Below, piece by piece: positions 53,489-64,000 of a stretch of DNA of 64,000 bases; the stretch's first letter is position 1, and each line of letters begins with the position of its first letter. The notes beneath the pieces are model-generated. The model saw only the letters and a program-made list of their open reading frames with translations, was not told the DNA's origin and ran no database searches. Source of the stretch: Octopus bimaculoides (lineage: Eukaryota); contig NC_068986.1 in NCBI RefSeq assembly GCF_001194135.2, forward strand, positions 51,378,297 through 51,442,296. The letters run 5' to 3'. Made by a program: the position numbers and the translations under genes.

Positions 53489-53853
53489 CATACGTACAGA
53501 GTTGCTATAAAATCAATGTGCAAATTAAAATACTTGTAGCATGATAGAATTAAATTGCACATGGACTTTACAGACACCCTGTATATATAGGCACATGGAG
53601 CAGGAAGCTCAATGCAACTTAAAGTTACATAGGCTTGTTCATTGAACTGAACTCATCAGGCCAAGAGATTTGGTGAATGAGTCTAAGAAGATCTAAGCTG
53701 CATGGAGCTGAATAAAAAAATAATATATAAATATATATCTAATAAATGTTAGATTGCATCACACACACACATATATGTTACATAGATGATACATATATAT
53801 TTTTTTTTTTTTATTGTGTATGCATGAATATAGTAAAATTAGTAAATATCAAC

Positions 53854-53900
<47 letters not shown>

Positions 53901-54981
53901 AAGTCACAACATAAGTGACCATTTAAACTACATTATGTGAACTGCAGAAGAAACTACCTTAAAAATTGATTGGAAAATTAAGTCATTCATTTTAACCAAA
54001 CAAAATTAATCAGAGAGAATAGAAAACAGAGAACAATTCTAACAGATGCTGCTTACCACAGAAATACTAAATTGCAGACTGGTAACAGTAATAGCAGCCT
54101 AAAAACAATGGCTTAAGAAAGAATAAGTAGAAGTTGCTGTTTACTTGGATCTTATAAGCCTAATTCCTATGCAAGTTACTAACATCAAAGAGACATGAAT
54201 GGAAAAGGAAAGTAAAATCAATAAGTTTTCTTCTTCTTTTTTAGCTAAATAGTTTAATTTAGTTCAGAAGAGAACATCTGCTACTGAGTACCATAATACA
54301 GAGGTGTACTAAATCTCAGGTCAGCAAGATATACAGAAGAGGAATCAATTTGCTAACATTTTGTTTCATATTATGGCACCCTTTATTTTACATTCGAAGC
54401 CTGTTACTTAAAAAACCAAATTTTTAAAAAATCACTTACATGCATGAATACATGAATCACTAAATGCACTGATATTTTCTCCACTTTTTCTATTATTTAT
54501 AATACATATTACAAAATTCAAAGTTTTATGCTTTTATTAACCAGACTTAAGCCTCCCTTAGAATTGCATAATGGTACTATTAATAATGCATTTTTCTCTT
54601 TCAGCAACAGTAAATTCAATAACAGCTGTCACTGGTCTTACCAAACATAGTAAAAGTTTCATGGCAAGTTCACAAAATCTACGATACTTATAGCATCATT
54701 TATGATTAATATAAATTTATTGCATTTATCCAGTCTAAAGCAAGATATTTGGCATAGTACTAGATCAAGATATAAGCTAAATCGCAACACAATAACACAT
54801 AATTGCAGCACACTCAAATCTCCAATGTGTAATACACAGAAAAGATAAACAATTTTTCAATATCAGATGATTATAAAGTTTCTTTTTAATAACTAAGAAA
54901 GTCGATCATTTACATACAACTTGCATACACTCACCACTATATATACATATATTTATACACATAGTGCAGTAGTTTACTGAC

Positions 54982-55081
54982 CTGCGTTGACTGTTATGGC
55001 CTCAATGAACTGTTCTCTCCAGGAAGAAGTGCTAACTACAAGAGATAAGTTAGCTTTCTTTAATAACTTGTCAACCACACT
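54982..55081 (-). CDS. SLC8A: Na+/Ca2+ exchanger internal exon, 100 nt, phase 0 to 1
   Basis: Acceptor ttatattttcag|AGT and donor GCAG|gtcagt. Translates SVVDKLLKKANLSLVVSTSSWREQFIEAITVNA(G), versus NCX1 STVDKLIKKTNLALVVGTNSWREQFIEAITVSAG (recalled), with the same exon boundaries. Confidence 0.96.
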
Positions 55082-55399
55082 CTGAAAATATAAAAGGAAA
55101 CGTGATTTGATTCCAAATGGCAGCAGGTAAATATTTCATCCTCACAATTAATCTTGGTTAGGTGAGGGACATTAGAGGGAATAGCTGGGTGTGTTTGTTA
55201 GGTTCTCAGATAAACAGACAAAATACTGGCAGTTTTCAACCTAACACTGCACTATGTGTCTTTTTTAATGGTCAAGTTCACTAAGTTGAAAATAAACACT
55301 ATGTTCAGAACAACTCACCATTATAAGCAATAACATTGCAGAGTAATATAGTGTAATGTCAGTGTGTATGGATGACAAAGAACAGATTCGCCAAGAGAA

Positions 55400-55670
55400 A
55401 AACTGGGTTTAAGAAGAAAAAGTGTGCTAGAGGCACAACTGCAGTGATAAGGGCAAGTGATGCATACAGCTGATGACAGTTTCATGAAGGAGTGCCAGAA
55501 GATCTACATGGAATTACAAAAATGGAAACAGAAGATATGGGTAGGAGTGGTGAAATCTGATCTCAAGATGCTGAACTTCACAAAGGAACACAACAGATAA
55601 GTGGTTGGACACTGTTTTAGAGTGAATTGTCCCAACATGCACAAGCATGAAAACTAGGTATAAAACCAAT
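55400..55670 (+). mobile_element. decayed RTE 3' remnant
   Basis: GQVMHTADDSFMKEC...KIWVGVVKSDLKML is similar to 16324-16536. Confidence 0.5.
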
Positions 55671-55722
55671 AAAGTCAGCAATTATGATAGCATAGTAAAA
55701 CTGACAAGTGGCTAGTTAGCAT

Positions 55723-56050
55723 GCAGTGGCACTTTGTCAGTTGTAATGATGACGGTTCCAACTGATCTGGTCAACAGAACGGCCTGCTAGTGAAATTAAC
55801 ATGTCAGTGGCTGAGCACTTCAGAGACACATGTACCCTTAACATAATTCTCAGGGAGATTCAGTGTGACAAAGGATGTAACAAGGCTGGCCCTTTGAAAT
55901 ACAAGTATAACTCACTTATGCCAGCTGAGTGAACTGGTGCAATGTGAAATAAAGTGTCTTGCTCAAGGACACAATGTGCTGCCGGAAATCAAACTCATGG
56001 CAAAATGATTGTCAGCCAAATACCCTACCCACTAAGCCATATACCTTCAC
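55723..56050 (-). mobile_element. family-A-related SINE with V-like segment
   Basis: Shares the family-A 3' body. 9-bp TSD agttagcat at 55714-55722 and 56051-56059. Confidence 0.8.
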
Positions 56051-56541
56051 AGTTAGCATTAAGTACTGAGTTTAACACCTAGGGAAATAACTTTGGGAAG
56101 AACAAAACTGATCAATTTGTATTAACCTACATACCCAGTATTAGGAGAAAGTCTTTGATAGAATCTCATGAACCAAAGACCCAACAAGTTATGAGACTAA
56201 TGTGAAACAGTCAAAACATTGGTATTAAATTTTAAAGAACTGTTCCCAATCTCATTATGGAAAACTAAAAAAAAAAAATACTTATAAATTTCTAGAAATT
56301 CTGCGAATTAGTATTTTATCTAAGAAAGTAAGTCATTGAAACATAAAACTGTTCCTTCCACTTTATATATGATAATTGATAATTGATGATAAATATTATA
56401 TTGTTGAGAGTCATAAAAAACAAGTCAATAATTTTGCTAAGTTGAAATCATCTTATAGAGGTAAAGATAAAACTCTGTTCCAGCTTTAAATTGCTTTTAA
56501 TTCAGTGTTCCTTTGCACTTCAATGACTACAACTGAAAATA

Positions 56542-57397
56542 CAGTGTTTGGGCTAAATTTGACAGTTTGCGTTAAAGGAAAAGAAAACTTAATATCCCAT
56601 CAAAAAATAAAAGTATTTAAAAAAACAAAAAAAAGCACCAACTAGATTATGGCTGGGAGATATCAATTTACTAAAAGTAGCCATTCTCAGCTTCCATCAT
56701 GGAATCAAAATGGATCTGGAACCTGGTGCATGTGTTCCCCACTGTGTCCTTTTTGAACAGTTCCTTGATATTGATCAACCAGCTTGGCCTTGGTGTTGCA
56801 GGCAGAGCAGTTGGTGTCTTTCTCAACTGCATCCCATAGTAATCCATGGGATTATAATTGGGAGAGAGGTCAGAAATTAGGGCAGGTGAATTCATAGACA
56901 TTTTGACAACCACTTCTGTCATTTTTCTGGAGGTATGGCAAGGAGCCAAAACTTGCTGCCGCACATATGGCCTTCCCATAGGAACCCTTACTAGCCAAGA
57001 ATTTACCACAGTCACCAACAGTTTCACATAGCTGTCTGAATTGAGCTTAAGGCCTTGCTCAAAGATGTGAAGATGAACTCAAGTGTGGTATGCAGATGCG
57101 GTCAGAATGACTGTTGTGTCCTGCTGGCCAGGACTTTATAGTCTCCTTTGCAGTTATCCATGTCATGTCTTACAGCCTTTACAGTGATTACAGAGCACTG
57201 AGCAGCAGCCATGATGTTGACATTTTGATATGAGGTGTGAATCCTCATGTTGCATGTTACTCTTTTCCAGTATTCAGATAGCTTCCGGCCTCCATGTTAG
57301 CTAACATTTTCTCTCAGTAACAACTTTAATCTTTTTGCTCTCCAATGACTGTTTACCAGGAGACATAAAACATCATCAAATTTAGCCTTTTACAGTG
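56542..57397 (-). mobile_element. Tc1/mariner (maT/DD37D-like) element, internally deleted, inside an NCX intron
   Basis: Imperfect TIRs TA|cagtgtttgggctaaatttgac and tcaaatttagccttttacagtg|TA. Remnant HIFEQGLKLNSDSYVKLL...GRPYVRQQVLAPCHTS...SPNYNPMDYY...EAENGYF. Confidence 0.85.
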
Positions 57398-57640
57398 TAA
57401 GTGCAAGTTGAACCTGACATTGTGTAGTGTAAGTGAAAATAATACTTAGGACCATGTCATTTCAAAAATTATTTAACCAAATAGAAATGAACCAATAAGG
57501 GAGATTATGCTGTTGTTCAGCTTGCTGAACATAGCAGCTAAATCTCCCTTAAATTATATCCTGTTGTTTTAAAAACAAAAAAAGAAAAAAGCAAAGGAAT
57601 CAATGTTCTGTGGATGTTTCCATCAATCAAAGACACTGAC

Positions 57641-57762
57641 CTTGAATTCTGTGCTCTCAGTTATGTGAACTGTAATCTTGATATTTTCACCACGTCTCGG
57701 TTTACCAAGTTCCACCAACACAGGATCATCTTCCTCCTGCTGTACATTTTCAGAACTACTAC
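57641..57762 (-). CDS. SLC8A: Na+/Ca2+ exchanger internal exon (end of CBD2), 122 nt, phase 1 to 0
   Basis: Acceptor tctcctttag|GT and donor AAG|gtcagt. Translates (G)SSSENVQQEEDDPVLVELGKPRRGENIKITVHITESTEFK, matching NCX1 EEEERRIAEMGRPILGEHTKLEVIIEESYEFK (recalled). Joins in frame to 54982-55081. Confidence 0.93.
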
Positions 57763-58114
57763 CTAAAGGAGACAGAAAAAAGAACAAAACAAGTTGAAAA
57801 AAAAGAAGCCTTCTGAGGATGACAGGAATGATGAGAGAGAGAGGGAGGAAAACAGAAATCAAATTCAGAGAATTATATTTACAAAATTAGTCCATAGGAA
57901 AAATCAAGCAAATGATTTCTGGTTAAATTAGAAATGTTACATTTATTTCATAAAACGTTAATAAAGAAATTCAATATATTTTGTGCCAAGGTAAACTGTT
58001 AAATGACTAAGCCATTTATTAAACATCTCTATCAACAATTTAGTGACACTTTAAAAAGACAAATCAACTGAAAGAAACAGGAATACAAACTTATATATAT
58101 ATATACATAGAGAA

Positions 58115-58154
<40 letters not shown>

Positions 58155-58164
58155 NNNNNNNNNN

Positions 58165-58211
<47 letters not shown>

Positions 58212-58249
58212 GTAGAGTGAGAACAGTTTGAAGAATGAATAAAACATAC

Positions 58250-58258
58250 TTCGTAAAG
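58250..58258 (-). CDS. SLC8A: candidate 9-nt microexon (CTTTACGAA) in the NCX CBD2 variable region
   Basis: Minus strand reads ttgattgctatgcgaatatttaaacag|CTTTACGAA|gtatgt. About 80 nt upstream are free of AG, there are three TGC motifs, and it preserves frame at a phase-1 junction. Confidence 0.35.
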
Positions 58259-60496
58259 CTGTTTAAATATTCGCATAGCAATCAACAATATTTTAGCAAT
58301 CAAAGCCAAGAAGTAAATCAGCGTATGATATATAATAACAAAACTATGTAATGCACTGTCATATATGTGTTCACAGGTGTGCTAAAACCTCAAGTGATGC
58401 AAAAGTAAACCATATTTGACATTCACTCACCATTCTTCTATTGTATTAGTCCATTCCTTTATAGCTTTAAGGTGTTTATTCAGATAATTAGAAAGTTAAG
58501 ATTTGAATCTGAAAATCTTGTAATTTATTATTATATTTTTTTAAAAAAGGGGAAAAAAAACTTTAAAAAAAAACCCCATTTACCCAACAATCTCAATTAT
58601 ATTAGGGATGTATAAAAACTTCATTAATACATATGGTAACTCTAGCATGCTGATGCCATTTTGCTGCATATTTGAAAGAATCTATTGCTTAAAAACACAT
58701 ATAATATCAAATAACATCTTGTCATATAGTAAACCCAAGTTCCTTAATAATCTTAATAATCCTAATGGGAAAACTTATTACAGTCATGAGCAAACTGTGG
58801 TCTGAAGGACTTGCTGAATGACATGCTTCACTTCATGAGAAAAATGATATACATATGCATAATTGTGCAACTTTCCTGATTATGGGTTATGTGTCATGCA
58901 GCCTGTCTCAAGAAAGGTTGCCTACTCTTGATTTATTGCATACTTTTAAACTTATCTTTCTTCAAATTTCATTGCAAAGAAAATTAGAATTTGTGTACTC
59001 GTTGAAATGGTACACGTAATTTGTTTCTCAACTTAATATTCCACTATCTGATCCTTCGATACCTTTTGTAGTGTTCCCTCAGTTGCAAGCAGTTTTGGAG
59101 ATTCTGTAAAATGGACATGGGTGCTACCAATCCTCTCTGATGCTCATATAACAAATATAATAGAATAAACAAATAAATAAAAGCCACATTCTTAAAAAAA
59201 GACAGCTATGTTATTTATATTCTTTTGGTGAATATTTTAAAGAATATAACAGTTTTAAAACTTGGGGGCTTTTTTATATTTTCTGCTCTTATTTTAGATG
59301 TTTTAAATCAGAACTTTCTTTCCATCCTCATAAGGAAAATCTTTAAATTTATAAAAGAAAGGAAGGACAACATTTAATAACTTAGTATTTCCAAAATTAT
59401 TTTATCAAAATTCTTTAAAAAAAATTAAAAGTTTGAAAGAAATATGTGCTTTAGACACCAAACATAATGGTAGAAGCTCTTAATCATAGATATTAACCCA
59501 GAGATTGTTGTAAACATAAAAACACACATATACGATGAGGTTTTGATTTTTTTTTTTTTTTCAAAAGGATGTTGCTTCAAATAATTCTAATAACTTTGTA
59601 GGAATATAAAGCTGCAAAAAAAAAAAAAAAAAAAAAATGAAACATAACCTTATACATTAGTCCTCACTTTCATGATGAAAGTTCAATACTGAAGAACTAA
59701 AAGAAACAATCATGAAATTTCTTAAAACTGTTATTCTTTCCAGAGAAAGTGAATGCAGTGATTTTATAATTTCACATGAAATAACTGGTTGAAAATGAAA
59801 GACCAATTGAATATGTGTGAAGAACTGTTTCCTCTCAAAACAAACTCAAACCTTCACATGTAAAAACCTTAGATGTAAAAAAAAAAAATCTACCCAACAA
59901 ACACATCTACAATACATAAGAACAGTACTAGAATGTTCTAAAAACATTATCTCTCCCATTTGGTACACAGAAACATAAAATACACTGGTACACAAAAATG
60001 GCTGCATCCTTAATATGTTCAATAACCCCAGACAATGTGTTACAATACACATCACCAAAATAAGTGTAGGCAAACAACAACAGTTATGTACAGGTATATC
60101 TTGAACAGAACAAAAGATCTGTGGGTCACACTTTGGCATTTAGCCAATTACCTGTGTTAAAGATCTGCTCTTTGCTCATGGATCACCTAGGGCAACAAAA
60201 ACGCAACAACAACCTTGCTTTAAAAGACATGGTAAAAGGCACTTAAACTAGGACCATCCTGTTTTATTCATTTCTTTCTTTTTTTCCAATCAGTGTGTGC
60301 CCTGAGCTATCTTATCTAATGTATCATTCCTTTTTAAAACGATAGTTTCAATCAACAAAAAAAAAAAAAAAAAAAAAAAATCAGCCATTATTTCCAGCAA
60401 GTCAAGAAACTGCAAAGAAAGGCTACCTTGTTTGTTCAACAATTTACAATATTAAGCAGAGACAGCACTACAAAACTGATTAATGTTGATATATTG

Positions 60497-61225
60497 GTTT
60501 CAAATTTTGGTACAAGGCCAGCAGTTTTGGGGAAGGAGTGGGGGTAAGTCGATTACATCGACCCCAGTACTCAACTAGTACTTATTTTATCAACTCCCAA
60601 AGTATGGAAGACGAAGTCGACCTGGGCAGCATTTGAACTCAGAACATAAAGACAGCCTAAATGCTGCCAAGCATTTTGTCAAGGATGCTACCAATTCTGC
60701 CACTTTGCTGCTGTGATTAATGTTGATATATTACTACTAAAATCACATCATCTATGAAGTTGCTATGACTGAATGGATTACAGAATCTGTTAACTATATC
60801 AACAGGACGCTAGGATTGATTATTGACTAATATTGAATAAGCTATAGCACTTAAGAAATTTTCATTGTGCTGTGTAAAGGCCGATATTACAGGCTACATT
60901 TAACATAACTGAAAGAAATAAAACAAAAATAAAGCACCACTCCTACTAGACAATTAAATGGTAAATAGCAGAGAGGAAATAGTTTTATGATCCTATAAGT
61001 TTACACAAATCACTGCTGAGCCATCTACAATCCATGCTAGCAGGATTTTCATTGTACCTTAGTTTTGTTGCATAAAAATGCTCTGCAAAGGGTGCTTGAA
61101 AGTAAGCATTAGTAAGATTAGTTAAGAACAGTCTCATGAGAAGAGAAGAGCAGGCTAGAATTATAACAGATTTAACTGTAATAATGAAATATTCTTTAAC
61201 GGAATACATTCAGATATTTTTATAA

Positions 61226-61257
<32 letters not shown>

Positions 61258-61480
61258 TAATAATAATCGTTTCTACTATAGGTACAAGGCCTGAAATTTG
61301 GCGGGAGGGACTAGTTGATTATATCGAGCCAGTGTTTCACTGGTACTTAATTTGTCAACCCCGAAAAGATGAAAGGCAAAGTCGACCACAGCGGAATTTG
61401 AACTCAAAACGTAGTGATGGGCGAAATACCACTAAGCATTTTGCCTAGCATGCTAACAATTCTGCCAGCTCACTGCCTTC
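60497..61480 (-). mobile_element. 2 family-B SINEs (60497-60716, 61268-61480)
   Basis: Reverse-complement family-B core. The second copy is flanked by (AAT)n. Confidence 0.8.
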
Positions 61481-61482
61481 AC

Positions 61483-61519
<37 letters not shown>

Positions 61520-61819
61520 CACAACAATAATATTAATAAGAAGCAGAAGACGAAGAACAACAAGAAATAAACTGAAAGGAAAATCCACTAAGTTGTTTGC
61601 CTACTAATACCAGCAGAGCAACATATATACTCACTAATTTTTACTGTCTTTTAAGACATACAGACAAATGCTAGACGAAAAATATGTCTCTTCTTTGTGC
61701 TTACTTTCTTCTTTTTCATTTTTTGTTCTTTGTTTTGTCTACATGTATAACCTTGAAGTTGCATTAGTGCTGCAGAAATTAAAAACACATTTATCGATCA
61801 TCTTAGACTGAATCAGGCC

Positions 61820-61916
61820 ACAATAATAATAATGATAATAATAATAATGATAATAATAATAATAAAAATAATAATAATGATAATGATGATAATAATAATA
61901 ATAATGATAATAATAA

Positions 61917-61978
<62 letters not shown>

Positions 61979-61980
61979 GT
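61820..61980. repeat. (AAT)n microsatellite, imperfect
   Basis: Direct inspection. Many other SSR tracts occur, e.g. 1931-1979, 3584-3640, 4065-4150, 22915-23139, 23676-23730, 30320-30490, 48405-48500 and 58090-58205. Confidence 0.95.
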
Positions 61981-62669
61981 GAAAAATCTACTCTACATAA
62001 AAAACAATCAGTGAGTAAAGAGGTACAGGAAGCTGGGACACTGTTGATCAGTGCAAAGCACTGGTAAGGCCACTTGATGAAAAAAAATTTAAATTACACA
62101 TAAATAAATAGAAAAAGGCAAAATGTTTTCAAAAAAATTAGCCAAAAAGAAAGGCAACCTGGAGTATATTATCAAGGAGAAACAGAAGCGAACTGTTGGT
62201 GCAAGAAAGAAAAAGAAAAAAAAAATGGAAAACTATTTAATAGAACATGTACATTTGTACTGGTAATGAGTAGACAATGAAGCCATATGTAAAGATCACA
62301 CAGAATCTATGATTGAATAAATGAATAAGTTTAGGGATATGTAGACACAGACATAGCTGTGTGATTATTGAGAAGCTTGCTTTGCAAACACATGATTCAG
62401 GTTCAATCCCACTGCGTGTGGTAGTCTATCATATGCACATGTACATGTATGTGTGTGTGTGTGTGTGCGTGTGTGTGCATGTGTATATAGTTATCTGTAA
62501 CTTAATGCAATAAAATGTTCTTTGATGATCCATTGTAATTGAGCATCTAAATCAGAACACTTACCTGAGGGCCCCAAACAACCATACTGGTGAAATATGC
62601 ATAGGAACTATAATATAAACTCATGCTTATCCTTACTTCTTGTGTGTGTGTGTGTGTGTGTTTGTGATT

Positions 62670-63045
62670 ATTCATTTTTATTTCAAGATTTCTTGCCAAA
62701 AGAGAAAGAGCTGGTTTCTAGCCTAGATCCAAGGCTCCTTCATTGGAATTTCAACATCAACAACAGGGTATTTTTTGTGTGAGTATGTATGTATACGAGC
62801 AGATTTGTTTGTTTTGCTTTGTGTATGTATGCTCATGCATGTAGTTGCATGTCTAGAAATGCTCATATATACTTAAATGTTAAACTTCTCAAAAGGTTTA
62901 CAGAATTTTACAGTTCCAGTGATGACTTGGAACTGTAGTCTTTGAATAAGCTGTCTCCTTTCTGGCTTTGAGAAGCCTAATTTTTCAAGATTGGTATTTA
63001 GGCAGTGTGTTACATATCCCAGTACCCCAATAATTATTGTTATAA
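62670..63045 (-). mobile_element. Dong/R4-type LINE 3' fragment (different subfamily)
   Basis: IIIGVLGYVTHCLNTNLEKLGF...LQFQVITGTVKFCKPFEKFNI*. Confidence 0.8.
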
Positions 63046-64000
63046 ACTTGTATGTATGTATGTACGTATGCATGTATGTATGTACGTATGCATGTATGTA
63101 TGTATGCATGCAAGTGTATGCTTGTTTGTGTCTGTCTCTGCATGGTTTGACAACTGATATTGGTTTGTTTGATAATTTAGTGGTTCAGTAAAGTGAGTAC
63201 CAGACTTTCAAAACATAGGTACTAAAGGTCAATTTGTTTGACTAAACTGTTTAAAGCAGTGCTCTACTTGGATGACTGAAGCAAATCAAAGATTAAAGAC
63301 AGATAAAAGCCATACACTCATTCATTGTGTTTTAAATTGTAGCTCTACCTTCATGGGCTTCAGATAAAGCAACAAACTGAAGCCACTGTAACACAATTTA
63401 ATGAAAGTATATCACTGTTTCATGAGCCAATATGAGAGTCACTAAGCAGTCACTTGACCTATTATTTCTAGCAGGTTCATTAACGAATATGAAATTTTCT
63501 TCCAATCAAATTCTAGTGTTTCAATAAGAAAGGACACATTAGATAATGCAGTATGATATACCAAATGACAAGATGGTCATGGCAAAAGTGCTTTTTGCAA
63601 TAGAGCAGCTCCATCAAGGCTCACCTTGGATTAAACAACAAACTGCTGTTCATGTCATGTTTGTAGCAGAGTTAGAGAAATTATAAACAGATAGTTAAAA
63701 AAAAAAGAAGTTTAAATTCATTAAGCCATATTTTTCCTCCTTAGGACATAAATGAATTTATTATGAGCCAATGAGTAAGCTTCTTCCAACATTGAAAATA
63801 CCAGTCAACACTCTTTTAATTTGCAGCAAATCAGGGTAGCTTCAGAGGCAGTGTGCTTGTAAATAAGAGATGGTAACAATTGAAACACTTTTCATAATAA
63901 GTCTACTCTTTCATCATTTTCCCCGATGAGAATTGCTATGGCAAATAACACAAAGGTTGTATTGTACATGGATTTGTGTGCAGAAATGCTCAAATGTTTA

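Noticed and set aside
58421-58470. Strong ATG|gtgagt donor on the minus strand
   Set aside because: The available acceptors give 7, 26 or 34 nt, none of them frame-preserving.
62565-62586. 22-nt exon-like segment (caccag|...CAG|gtaagt) on the NCX strand
   Set aside because: It breaks the frame at a phase-1 junction, it lies among repeats, and such sites arise by chance. A poison exon cannot be excluded.
158-63191. Most ORFs in the supplied track (YIYI, CVCV, poly-I/L/M/N/D, X runs)
   Set aside because: They are translations of microsatellites, N gaps or SINE bodies.

Overview
This is AT-rich animal DNA dense in microsatellites and SINEs, with 12 assembly gaps. It is most likely octopus or another coleoid cephalopod, inferred from the repeat families and the exon sequences. 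The only protein-coding gene I can support is a Na+/Ca2+ exchanger (NCX/SLC8A/Calx family) on the minus strand. Two clean GT-AG exons (57641-57762, 54982-55081) join in frame and match the CBD2-to-TM6 region of NCX; I could not find its other exons. The rest is mostly transposable elements: several tRNA-derived SINE families (some with target-site duplications, many in head-to-tail arrays), an RTE LINE 3' half whose reverse transcriptase carries an inserted PHD finger, three Dong/R4-type fragments, decayed CR1-like, RTE and Tigger remnants, a Tc1/mariner element with TIRs, a Helentron-associated-like element and a tRNA-Phe pseudogene. The most interesting signals are in the NCX gene and all need RNA data to test: a genomic Ser (AGC, UAG context) where NCX proteins have Gly, which suggests A-to-I recoding; candidate 3-nt and 9-nt microexons; and an intronic SINE fold-back. 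There is also a CpG-retaining island with a TATA+Inr at about 39.5 kb and a change in CpG decay at about 11 kb. Almost all entries in the supplied ORF track are artefacts of microsatellites or N runs. Family names and homologue sequences are from memory, not from database searches.
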